Assembly: GCA_963707025.1 (NCBI GenBank)
Contig: CAVPOM010000018.1
Location: 96,001 to 160,000, forward strand
Source of the DNA: an uncultured Verrucomicrobiae bacterium
Lineage (GTDB): Bacteria; Verrucomicrobiota; Verrucomicrobiia; Limisphaerales; Palsa-1400
Reading direction: 5' to 3'
Length of the DNA: 64,000 nt
In this document: positions 22,449-31,507 of the stretch, one piece after another
Numbering within the stretch: the stretch's first letter is position 1
How the letters are laid out: every line of letters begins with the position of its first letter
Notes under the pieces: generated by a model
The model's database searches: none
What the model saw: the letters and a program-made list of their open reading frames with translations, nothing else
What the model was told of the DNA's origin: nothing
Translations under genes and position numbers: made by a program

Positions 22449-23114
22449 CAGAGAGGCAGGCGGCAGGAAAAGGCTTGAAATCAGACCGCCTGCGGCGGTA
22501 GAGTTGAGAACCCTAAGAAAACGGAGAGGGAGGACGGGCAGTGCTCCGCATCGCTCGTTCTCTCTTTTCGAAAGGGTTTTGAAACACGGAATGAACAGTA
22601 GTCAACTACAATTAGTAATGACAGCAATCGGCAAAAGTCGCGCTTATTTCATGCGCTCCGTGGTCTAAAGGATGGGGTCCACCTCAGCACTCACGAAACA
22701 GTCAGATCCATTGTCCGTATTTCTCTGGAACGCATTTCCCGCTCATGACAAAGAAGTTCTTACGCGGTTTCACCCTTCGGCACCAAACGCCAATCGCACT
22801 AAAGAGGCTATTTTGCGAACTCTTAATGAGGTAATTGGAAAATGGCGCCTCTACGACCGTGCTCGATTCAAAGGTATCTCGCTGCGGCGCGAAACGAGGA
22901 GGCTTTTGGAGAAGGAAGAGGCAGCCGCCACCTTGCCTCGGCTCAATCGCCTCCTCCTTGAAGACGCGTATCCATCGGCATTCTGCCGGGACCTTGACGA
23001 GGAGAGGAATATTCTCGAACTGGCACAGTTCATTCAACGGCGTTATAAGCGCCTGCGAGATAAGATCTTAGTATCAACTACGATCATGACGATTGATTGC
23101 ATACACGAGGATGT

Positions 23115-23744
23115 TTGAGCACATGCCACAAAGATAAGGACAGTCCCAAGTCCTTACGAGACCCTTTGGTTAATGAGGAGAGACGTTGGGGTCTCCGGGA
23201 GCCGCATGTCGCTCAGCTTACCGCGTTTGTCGAGAAGCTACGGCGTCGCACTGGCTACGGCGATTTGATCCCGTATTTCGATCCTTTCGACGGTGGTACG
23301 CGCGCACTGTGTTTGTTTCTATTTGAGGCTCCTGGCCCGAAAGCTGTAGAAAGCGGCTTTATCTCGCGAAACAATCCGGACGAAACTGCGAGGAACTTCT
23401 TCATCCTCAATGAGGAAGTTAGGCTGGCCCGTTCCCTCACCGTTTCCTGGAATATCGTGCCCTGGTATGTGGGGTCGGGTTCGCGTATTACGCCGGCGAC
23501 CACTGAGGACGTTATCCGCGGCGTCTCGCATCTAGTTCAGCTGATAAGGATGCTGCCTCACCTCCGGGCTGTCGTCTTGGCTGGAAGAAAGGCCGAGCGA
23601 GCGAAGGGCTTCCTGGAAAAGAATTTTCCACCCATTCGTCTTTTCACGATGCCGCACCCTAGTCCTCAATTTGTTGACAGAAATCGTAGCAACCGGCGAA
23701 AAATAGTGAAAGTCCTGCGTCAGATCACAAACTATCTCACGTAG
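23115..23744 (+). CDS. Uracil-DNA glycosylase superfamily protein
   Basis: LFEAPGP, WNIVPW, VVLAGRKA, PHPSP motifs; TTG start overlaps the AbiGi stop. Confidence 0.8.
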   Translation: MSTCHKDKDSPKSLRDPLVNEERRWGLREPHVAQLTAFVEKLRRRTGYGDLIPYFDPFDGGTRALCLFLFEAPGPKAVESGFISRNNPDETARNFFILNEEVRLARSLTVSWNIVPWYVGSGSRITPATTEDVIRGVSHLVQLIRMLPHLRAVVLAGRKAERAKGFLEKNFPPIRLFTMPHPSPQFVDRNRSNRRKIVKVLRQITNYLT

Positions 23745-23951
23745 TCAATTGGTTGCGGATTGTCGTCGATCATTTGGAAGCATTTTTGCGAGGCGCGGTT
23801 GCGGTTTTGATCTTTTGGAAAAGAAAAGGGTCAACCCATAGCTGGGTTCGTTTGGCATGAGTTCTAAAAACGGTCTTGTCATGGTATTGTAATATAATTC
23901 ATTCCAAACTTGCGGAGTTGGGTGTCGCCGTCGCGCGTCAGCCGCATGCGA

Positions 23952-25538
23952 TCAAACAGCGCGGCCGTTCCAGTATCTATAATTGACGTTTGGGAAAAGG
24001 TTGTCGGTCCACTCCAGGCCCGACAGCCAGGACTCGTCAATCTCATGCCGGTGAAGCTGATCATGGAGGGCGAGGAAGCAGCGGAGGTGCTCCTTGACGC
24101 GCACGGCGGCGTAATCGGGGCTGGTGCCGGTGTGGAGGATGAAGGGCCAGTCGCTGGACTGGGCGAGCAGCAGTTCGCGGGCGGCTTGTTTCAAGGCGCG
24201 CTCCAGCAGGCCGCCGGCGTTGGGAAATTTTTGGGCCAGATCGGCCATGCGGGCTTGGGCGGCCCGCAAATGCGGATAGATCCACTGGTTGCTCTCGTTG
24301 AGCCAGACCCGCCAATAGCCCTCCTCACCCCAACTGGAGGCCCCGGGCATGGCCACCTGATGGGTGGCGTGCAAGCGCAGATATTCACCGGGCGTCTGGA
24401 GCCGGAACAACTGCTGGTCGCAAGCGGCCTTGCGCACGAAGAAATTCAAAAACTCCGGCCCTTCATGCCACCAGTGGCCGAACAATTCCGCATCGTAGGG
24501 CGCGACCACGATGGGCGGGCGGTCCATCACCGCCCCCAGCTTGGCGAATTGCTCCATGCGCGACCGGAGAAAATGGCCGGCGTGTTCATCGGCCGCGCCC
24601 AGGGCCGCCGCGCGATCATACACCTGCTTCTCTGCCGTCGGGCCGGTGATGCGGTGGTATTTAATCCCGGTGAATCCCCGCGCGTCCGGCACCGGCAAAT
24701 AAGGTTTGACATAATCGAAATCCAGGTCAAAGCCGATGTCCCGGTAAAAATCGCGATAGCGGTAATCGCCCGGATAACCTTCTTGTTTGCTCCAGACTTG
24801 TTTGGCGGATTCAAAATCGCGTCCGAAGGCCGCCACGCCGTTGGGCGTATAGACCGGGGCATACACGCCGTAACGGGGCCGCGGCCGGGCGTGCAGGAGG
24901 CCGTGGGTGTCGGTGACGAACCAGCGGATGTTGGCTTCCTGCAACACCTTTTCGACCCCTTCCACGAAGGCGCATTCCGGCAGCCAGATGCCTTGCGGAT
25001 CGCGCCCAAAGCATTCCCGGTAATCGTCCCGGGCCACCAGGATTTGCGCGCGCAGCGAGGGCGGATCATCCGCCAGCAAGGGGAGCAGCGCGTGGGTGGC
25101 GGCGCAGGTGGCGATTTCCAAGACGCCCTGTTCCTGAAACTCCCGCAACGGGCGCAGCAAATTGCGCCCATGAGCGGCATACGTGTCGCGAATGTCGCTC
25201 AGGCGATGGTGATACATCCAGGCCAGTTCCCGAAAGGCCCGGTCCCAGTGGGTGCGATGGATTTCCTTTTCCGCCAGTTCGATCAGGCCGTTGAGATGCC
25301 GCCCATACCGCTCCTGCAGTTGCTGGTCCTGCAACATGGCGCAGAGCGTCGGGGACAGGGACAGGGTGAGGCGGGCGCCAATGCCGTCGGCCAGCCAGCC
25401 GTCCATAATTTGGACCAGGGGTATGTAAGTCTCGGTGATCGCCTCAAAAAGCCAGTTCTCCTCCAGAAATTTCTCGTGCTCCGGGTGACGCACAAAAGGC
25501 AGATGCGCGTGCAACAGGAGGGCAAAGTGGCCTTGCAT
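23952..25538 (-). CDS. GH57 1,4-alpha-glucan branching enzyme (DUF1957)
   Basis: LHAHLPFVRHP, GIWLPEC, PYDAELFGHWWHEG, AQSSDWPFI. Confidence 0.93.
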   Translation of the reverse strand: MQGHFALLLHAHLPFVRHPEHEKFLEENWLFEAITETYIPLVQIMDGWLADGIGARLTLSLSPTLCAMLQDQQLQERYGRHLNGLIELAEKEIHRTHWDRAFRELAWMYHHRLSDIRDTYAAHGRNLLRPLREFQEQGVLEIATCAATHALLPLLADDPPSLRAQILVARDDYRECFGRDPQGIWLPECAFVEGVEKVLQEANIRWFVTDTHGLLHARPRPRYGVYAPVYTPNGVAAFGRDFESAKQVWSKQEGYPGDYRYRDFYRDIGFDLDFDYVKPYLPVPDARGFTGIKYHRITGPTAEKQVYDRAAALGAADEHAGHFLRSRMEQFAKLGAVMDRPPIVVAPYDAELFGHWWHEGPEFLNFFVRKAACDQQLFRLQTPGEYLRLHATHQVAMPGASSWGEEGYWRVWLNESNQWIYPHLRAAQARMADLAQKFPNAGGLLERALKQAARELLLAQSSDWPFILHTGTSPDYAAVRVKEHLRCFLALHDQLHRHEIDESWLSGLEWTDNLFPNVNYRYWNGRAV

Positions 25539-25553
25539 TGGAACCCGGGACCG

Positions 25554-27014
25554 TCATCCCACGGCGCTGACCGACGGCGGTTGCAGCTTTTCATCCTGCG
25601 GATGCGCCGCGACTCCCCCTTGGTACTGGCTGGCCCGGCTGAACTGCAATTCCGCCTGGCGCCCTTCCTCGCCATCCGCCGAGCGCGCCGCCACCGGCAG
25701 CTCATATTGGCCGTCGGGCAGGGCGAAGCGGAAACTGAAACTCCCGTCCCGCCGCAACTGGATCGGCCGCCCTCCGATGGTGACGCTCGCATCCGGTTCC
25801 GTGGCACCATAAACGATCAATTCGGCGTTGACGTTGAACCAAAAACTCCGCCGCTGTTCCGGCCGCGCGGACGGACTGGAGACGCCGCCAAACGCCGCCG
25901 CCGGAGAGGCCGGCCCGCCCAATTGCGCCGCGCCGATGGAGGAAACTTCCTGCGCCAGCTGGCGGCGGATCAACTCCGTCACTTCCAGCGAGCCGATCCA
26001 AATCCGGCGCGCCTGGTCAAGCATAACGATTTCGGCGAGGGCTTTTTCCTGGGCCGGCGCCCAGGGGCCGGCGATCTGCTCCGGCTCCGGCAGGCTGGAA
26101 AAACCTTCGGCGCGCAACTGCTGCACGGCCTCCGCCAGCGGCACATGTTCGCGCACCGCCGCCTGCACCGAGGAGAGCAACTGCGCGAAAGGCACGTCGG
26201 CCGGAATGGTGGCAAAGCGAACGCCGGTGTCATCCGCCACCGAATCCGGCGGCGTCAGGGTGGCGGCGGAACGGGCCAGTTCGGTCCATTGTTTCGTCGC
26301 GTCGTAATAGCCCAGGGTGGCCACGTATTTGGCGCCAGCATGGGGCGCCGGCACAAACCAGTGCCGCGATTCTGGATGCAGATGAATCTGCAAGAGCGGC
26401 TGGCCGGCGGGGGTGTCGCGATACAGCCGCAGCAATAGATGCCCGTCGGCGGAGCGGGCATTGCATTTTTTTAATTCCCCGGCGGTGAAATCCCAGTGCG
26501 CGTAAAGCCAGCGCGGATCGCGCGCCGCCAAAAACAGTTGTTGCGTGCCGTAGGATTCCGGCAAATCCACCCCCGCAGGCGCAGGATGAACCGGCGGAGT
26601 CGGCCCCAGCACATAACGCCGTCCCGGGCCGCTCGCCCGCGAGGGCGCGGCCTCATCCCCTTCCAGCAGAATTGGCGGTATCTTTAAGCGGGCCGGCTTG
26701 GCAGATTTTTTGGGGTTGACGGCGGAAGGGCCTGCCGCCTTGGCCGGGCCGGCCGCAGCCGCCTTTTGGAGTGCGGGCGCTTGCTCCCGCTTCAGGGCGG
26801 AGCCAGCCTTGGCCGGAGCCCTCGGAGCAGGGGCGGCTTTGGCCGGGGCCGTCGGAGCAGGGGCCGCTTTGGCCGCGACAACGGCAGCCAAAGCGGCGGC
26901 GGGGGCGGAAGGCGCCTTTTTACGGGATTTGGTCGCGGGTGGCGGGGTGAAAATGGCGGCCTTGGCGGCTTTGGCCTTTGCTTTGGGCGGCGGAACCGGC
27001 TTTTTTGATTTCAT
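25554..27014 (-). CDS. DUF4912-domain protein with K/A/P-rich N-terminus
   Basis: LPESYG..LFLAARDPRWLYAHWD; FWFNVNAELIVYGATEPDA; adjacent to GH57. Confidence 0.85.
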   Translation of the reverse strand: MKSKKPVPPPKAKAKAAKAAIFTPPPATKSRKKAPSAPAAALAAVVAAKAAPAPTAPAKAAPAPRAPAKAGSALKREQAPALQKAAAAGPAKAAGPSAVNPKKSAKPARLKIPPILLEGDEAAPSRASGPGRRYVLGPTPPVHPAPAGVDLPESYGTQQLFLAARDPRWLYAHWDFTAGELKKCNARSADGHLLLRLYRDTPAGQPLLQIHLHPESRHWFVPAPHAGAKYVATLGYYDATKQWTELARSAATLTPPDSVADDTGVRFATIPADVPFAQLLSSVQAAVREHVPLAEAVQQLRAEGFSSLPEPEQIAGPWAPAQEKALAEIVMLDQARRIWIGSLEVTELIRRQLAQEVSSIGAAQLGGPASPAAAFGGVSSPSARPEQRRSFWFNVNAELIVYGATEPDASVTIGGRPIQLRRDGSFSFRFALPDGQYELPVAARSADGEEGRQAELQFSRASQYQGGVAAHPQDEKLQPPSVSAVG

Positions 27015-27168
27015 AAATGATGGCGTGCGGGAAGCTTGTCATAAAACTGCAACCATTATCGCCGAGGCTCTCCCGGCCCGCAACCAGAAAGTTCCTTGAC
27101 TCCCCATGAACCTGCTTGCCAAGAACAATCGCCGGCCTTTAAATGCGTGTTGTCCGGTCAACAAAGCT

Positions 27169-27579
27169 ATGAGCCAAAGCAATGCCGCGCCATCTTCCGC
27201 CGAAAGCGGCGCCCCGTCTCTCATTTTCGTCGTGGACGACTCCGCGATGCTGGTGGAGTTTGCCGCCATGGTCCTGCAATCGGCCGGCTACGCGGTCAAA
27301 TCCTTCACCGAACCCCGCCACCTCCTTAAGGCGCTGGGGGAGAGCGCGCGCCCGCCCTCGCTGCTGGTGACCGATTACGACATGGGGTCGCATTCCATGA
27401 ACGGATTGGATTTGATTGTCAACTGCCACAAAATTCATCCCTCCATGAAAACCATCCTGGCCAGCGGCACGGTGGATGGATCGGTCACTCTGAATCACGC
27501 GGCCAAGGTGGACCGGTTTTTGAGCAAGCCCTATCCCCCGGCTCAACTCAAGGCGATGGTGGCCGAGTTGTTGAAATAA
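27169..27579 (+). CDS. Single-domain response regulator
   Basis: VVDDS, LVTDYDM..MNG, LASG, FLSKPY. Confidence 0.88.
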   Translation: MSQSNAAPSSAESGAPSLIFVVDDSAMLVEFAAMVLQSAGYAVKSFTEPRHLLKALGESARPPSLLVTDYDMGSHSMNGLDLIVNCHKIHPSMKTILASGTVDGSVTLNHAAKVDRFLSKPYPPAQLKAMVAELLK

Positions 27580-27741
27580 AAGGGCGGCGGCCGCAGGGAG
27601 GAGGGCGGATTGGAAATCCCGGAGCGAAAGGGGATCATGGTCCGATCCTACATCCGCGCCGGGGTGGCGTCGCGCCCATTTGTTCTTTCGGACATTCCGC
27701 CTTGAATTTTTTGGGCGGGAAACCTATCCTGGCAGCCGGCT

Positions 27742-27818
27742 GGTGGCTATAGCTCAATTGGTAGAGTCCAAGCTTGTGGAGCTTGTTGTTGCGGGTTCGA
27801 ATCCCGTTGGCCACCCCA
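27742..27818 (+). tRNA. tRNA-His (GUG)
   Basis: CAAGC-TTGTGGA-GCTTG anticodon arm, G-1 with C discriminator, GTTCGAATC, CCA. Confidence 0.93.
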
Positions 27819-27926
27819 CTTTCTTTGCCGGGCCTTTGTCATACGTCCGGGGATGGAAAAGAATGTTGGTTTGACGGCGCAGCCGAAGGCCGCCCCTCGC
27901 GGCGGCTTCCGTGGCGTTCCTGGGCA

Positions 27927-28955
27927 TCAGCCAAGCAGCCGCGAGACCAGCAACTCGCAAAAGCCATCCAGGTTCTTCCAGGCCGTGGCTGCGGTCACAG
28001 GGTCTCCTTTTTCATCAATCCGGCTGAACCCGTCATCTGAAATCCGAACCCCCAGCCTTTCCATCCGGCAGAAATCCCGGGCAAAGGCGAGATACACCGC
28101 CACGGTGTCAAACAGCACACTGGAATGACTTTGGGCGGCCGTGTCCTGATTGTTGTTTGCCCTGGACCAGAGCCGGTAGTTTTCGATTATCGTCGCGGCC
28201 ACCGGGTCCTTTGAATCGCGAAGCCGGCGATAGCGCTCGCCCTCCAGTCTGACCAGGCCGCAGGTGTCCAGCGGTGTGATCGTCTTCTCCCAGGGCGCGG
28301 CCAAGACGGCCTGGCAAGCCTTGGCGTCGGCCTTGACGTTCCATTCCGCTGAAACGGTCTTGCTGCCATTGTAGCCGGCGCGCAGACTGCCGCACATTCC
28401 GACGAAGCGCGCCCGTCCGGCCATTTGCGGGTCCCGCGCCAGGGCGGCGGCCAGGTTGGGCATCGGCGCAATGCAAATCACCGTGACCGGCTGGCGGGAT
28501 TGGTTGATGGTCTCAATGATGGCCTGCGCCCCGTCGCGATGCACCTTGCCAGGGTAGCTGTTCAAGTCGTAATTGCCAATCCAGCCCGCTTGCGCCCCTT
28601 CGCCTCGCGGATCGGCGTCGGCACCCAGACCGAGGGGAATATCCGGGCGACCCACCGTTTGCAGGAATTTTGCGATGAGCTTGGCGCGGTATTGCGTTTT
28701 GCCATATTCGCCGATCAGCAGCTTCAAATCCAGTTCCGGGCATCGCAACAAAAAGCCCAGCGCCCAGGTGTCGTCTATATCATCGCCAATATCCGTGGCG
28801 AGAATGACTGGAATGGCCTGGCGGGCCGGTGGCACCGCCGGCGGCGGCGAGGCCCGGACGCCGCACCGCCCTGCCATTTGCAATCCGGCCGCCCCGGCCA
28901 CGACCATCGTTTGCCGAAGAAAACGGCGGCGGCTGATGGCGGAGCGCTTTTTCAT
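27927..28955 (-). CDS. Tat-exported nucleoside hydrolase (IU-NH family)
   Basis: SRRRFL Tat motif; TDIGDDIDD; AEWNVKAD. Confidence 0.87.
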   Translation of the reverse strand: MKKRSAISRRRFLRQTMVVAGAAGLQMAGRCGVRASPPPAVPPARQAIPVILATDIGDDIDDTWALGFLLRCPELDLKLLIGEYGKTQYRAKLIAKFLQTVGRPDIPLGLGADADPRGEGAQAGWIGNYDLNSYPGKVHRDGAQAIIETINQSRQPVTVICIAPMPNLAAALARDPQMAGRARFVGMCGSLRAGYNGSKTVSAEWNVKADAKACQAVLAAPWEKTITPLDTCGLVRLEGERYRRLRDSKDPVAATIIENYRLWSRANNNQDTAAQSHSSVLFDTVAVYLAFARDFCRMERLGVRISDDGFSRIDEKGDPVTAATAWKNLDGFCELLVSRLLG

Positions 28956-29338
28956 AAGTTATGGCGCGGTGGCGTCGGAGAAAACATGTTCCGGACATTT
29001 CCCCACGGAATGCAAGATCAATCGGAGGGGGGCGCATCCCCGTTTTTGGCAGCGTCGGCGCGCTGCGCCTGGCGCGGCGTCCCTGGCTGGAAATTGTCTC
29101 AAAAGAGAGGTGCGCCCCTGTCGTGAACTATTAGAAAATTTTATTTGCAGGGGGATTCTTTCCTGAACTAAGATGCCTGCTCGCTTGGGGAGCGGGTTGG
29201 AGTGGATTTGTCGGCCCGAGGAAAACGGATGACCGGGGTGAATGTTGGAGGGCGGCAGTGTCGTCTAATCGGGCGGCAGGGTGAATCAATCAATCGGACG
29301 GGGTGGCGCGGAAAGCCCATCCCCAAGGATATAAATTT

Positions 29339-30778
29339 ATGCGAGGATCATTCAGAGTGATAATTGTGGCGGTGGCGGCGCTGGCGCTGGCGGGGGCGGC
29401 GGGGGCCTGGTTCTGGCACGCGCGGCATACCAACCGGCCTTTGTGGCGGACGGGCACGGTGCGGAAAGGAAACCTGACGGCGATGATCACGGCGACCGGC
29501 ACGGTGGAACCGGAGGAAGTGGTGGACGTGGGGGCGCAGGTCTCGGGGCAATTCCTGGAGTTTGGCAAGGACAAGAAGGGAAATCCCATTGATTATGGGT
29601 CGGTGGTGGAATCGAACATGCTCCTGGCCAGGATAGACCCCAGTTTGTTCAAGGCGGACGTGGCTTTGGACAAGGCGGTGTTGGCCTCCGACCAGGCCGG
29701 GGTGGCGCAGGCAGAGGCGAATGTGGAGCAAATGAAAGCCAAGGAGGCGGAGGCGGAGGCGGACTGGAAACGGGCGCAGGTCCTTGGCCCGTCGGAAGCG
29801 CTGGCGCCGACGACCTATGATTCCTACAAGGCGAATTATGAAATCGCCAAGGCAAACGTGAATCTGGCCATTGCGGCGGTGGATTCGGCCAAAGCGGCGA
29901 CCAACCAGGCGACAGCCACCCTTCAAAAGGCGCAACAGACGCTGGATTACTGCACGATCATCTCGCCGGTCAACGGGGTGATCATTGACCGCCGGGTCAA
30001 CATAGGAGAGACGGTGGCGTCGAGCTTGAACACGCCGAGTTTGTTTTTGATCGCCAAGGACCTGACACGCATCCAGGTTTGGGCCTCGGTCAATGAAGCG
30101 GACATCGGGAGCATCCACACCAACCAGGCTGTGACTTTTACGGTGGATGCTTTTCCCAACCGGACCTTCCACGGCAAAGTCAACAAGGTGCGGTTGAACG
30201 CGACCATGACGCAAAACGTGGTGACCTACACCGTGGAGGTGAACACGGACAATGCCGATGGCAAGCTATTGCCATACTTGACAGCCAATGTGAATTTTCT
30301 CACCGGCCAGGCGACCAACGTGCTGCTGGCCTGGAACTCGGCCTTGCGCTGGCACCCCCAGAAGGATTTGATCGCGCCGGCATTCCGCCAACCGGCCAAC
30401 GGGGCCGAGGCAGGCCCGGCGGGGGCCAGGGCGGCGGCCGAGCCGGGCGGGACCGACGGCCCCAGCGCGGCATCCGGCGGGAGCGGCCGCCAGGGAGGGG
30501 ACGCCCGCGGCAGCGGACAGGGGGTGGCGCCGGTGCAAATGGGAATGTTGTGGGCGGCGGAGGGAAATTTTGTGCGGCCCGTGCCGGTCAAACTGGGTTT
30601 GACCGATGGGACGTGGACGGAAGTGCAAGGAGAAGACCTGACCAAAGGCATGGTGGTGGTGACGGGCACCTTGAGCGTGGAAGCGGCGGCGGAGGAGGCG
30701 GCGGGAGCCAATCCGTTCATCCCGCAAATTGGCCGGCGGGGCGGGCCAGGCGGCGGCGGCGGCAGGCGGGGAGGCTGA
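29339..30778 (+). CDS. MacA-like periplasmic adaptor subunit
   Basis: ATGTVEP..VDVGAQVSG, IISPVNGVII.R.VNIGETV, VNEADIG. Confidence 0.92.
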   Translation: MRGSFRVIIVAVAALALAGAAGAWFWHARHTNRPLWRTGTVRKGNLTAMITATGTVEPEEVVDVGAQVSGQFLEFGKDKKGNPIDYGSVVESNMLLARIDPSLFKADVALDKAVLASDQAGVAQAEANVEQMKAKEAEAEADWKRAQVLGPSEALAPTTYDSYKANYEIAKANVNLAIAAVDSAKAATNQATATLQKAQQTLDYCTIISPVNGVIIDRRVNIGETVASSLNTPSLFLIAKDLTRIQVWASVNEADIGSIHTNQAVTFTVDAFPNRTFHGKVNKVRLNATMTQNVVTYTVEVNTDNADGKLLPYLTANVNFLTGQATNVLLAWNSALRWHPQKDLIAPAFRQPANGAEAGPAGARAAAEPGGTDGPSAASGGSGRQGGDARGSGQGVAPVQMGMLWAAEGNFVRPVPVKLGLTDGTWTEVQGEDLTKGMVVVTGTLSVEAAAEEAAGANPFIPQIGRRGGPGGGGGRRGG

Positions 30779-30796
30779 GAAGGGCAAAGCACGGTT

Positions 30797-31507
30797 ATGG
30801 CATTACTTGAGTTGAACAAGGTCTGCAAGACCTACCATTTGGGGGAAATGGATTTGCCGGTGCTCAAAGGCGTCACCCTGTCCATTGGCAAAGGAGAACT
30901 GGTGGCGCTGATGGGGGCCAGCGGCTCGGGCAAGAGCACGCTCATGAACATCCTGGGCTGCCTGGATCATCCGACCTCGGGGGAGTACTGGCTGGACGGC
31001 CAGGAGATCTCGGGGGCCTCGGCCAATGAACGGGCCCGCCTGCGCAACCGGCTGATCGGCTTTGTTTTCCAGAGTTTCAATTTGTTGACAAGAACATCGG
31101 CGCTGGACAATGTGGCGATGCCGCTCACCTACGGCGGCACCTATGTCCACGAGGAAGAAATGAAGGCGCGCGCCACGGAGATGCTGGACAAGGTGGGGCT
31201 GGCCGACCGGATGGACCACCAGCCTTCACAACTTTCGGGGGGACAGCAGCAGCGGGTGGCGATTGCCCGCTCGCTCATCAACCGGCCGCGCCTGCTCTTG
31301 GCCGACGAACCGACCGGCAATCTGGATTCGCGCACCAGCGAAGAGATTCTGCAAATGTTAAGAACCCTCAACGAAGAGGAAGGGCTGACCATTATCCTGG
31401 TGACGCACGACCCGCAAGTGGCGCGCCACGCCAAACGCATCATCCGCATCAGCGACGGCGTGATCGAGGGGGCGGCGGAGGCAAAAAGAGAGGAGCAACA
31501 ACCATGA
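30797..31507 (+). CDS. ABC transporter ATP-binding protein (MacB/LolD-like)
   Basis: GASGSGKST, LSGGQQQRVAIAR, LLADEPTGNLD. Confidence 0.95.
   Translation: MALLELNKVCKTYHLGEMDLPVLKGVTLSIGKGELVALMGASGSGKSTLMNILGCLDHPTSGEYWLDGQEISGASANERARLRNRLIGFVFQSFNLLTRTSALDNVAMPLTYGGTYVHEEEMKARATEMLDKVGLADRMDHQPSQLSGGQQQRVAIARSLINRPRLLLADEPTGNLDSRTSEEILQMLRTLNEEEGLTIILVTHDPQVARHAKRIIRISDGVIEGAAEAKREEQQP

Larger units (their letters stand above)
21193..22686 (+). mobile_element. IS3-family insertion sequence, 1494 bp
   Basis: TG...CA ends; IRL TGAGCTGGACCCCTATTTTTAGACCAC versus IRR(rc) TGAGGTGGACCCCATCCTTTAGACCAC; imperfect 3-bp flanks GCG/GCA. Confidence 0.93.
20500..23118 (+). pseudogene. AbiGi-family protein interrupted by IS3 (pieces 20500-21192 and 22687-23118), carrying a 118-aa inserted domain
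   Basis: LFHFT, GFYPRYCPEY, PMVCFCDLPLS, HLAEYGNFGIG, FYDEREWRYVP; the two flanks join in frame. Confidence 0.85.

Noticed and set aside
23910..26438. Long antisense ORFs (also 34596-36575, 50786-52909, 37574-39292, 59844-61697)
   Set aside because: Shadow frames opposite well-supported genes in high-GC DNA, with no recognisable motifs
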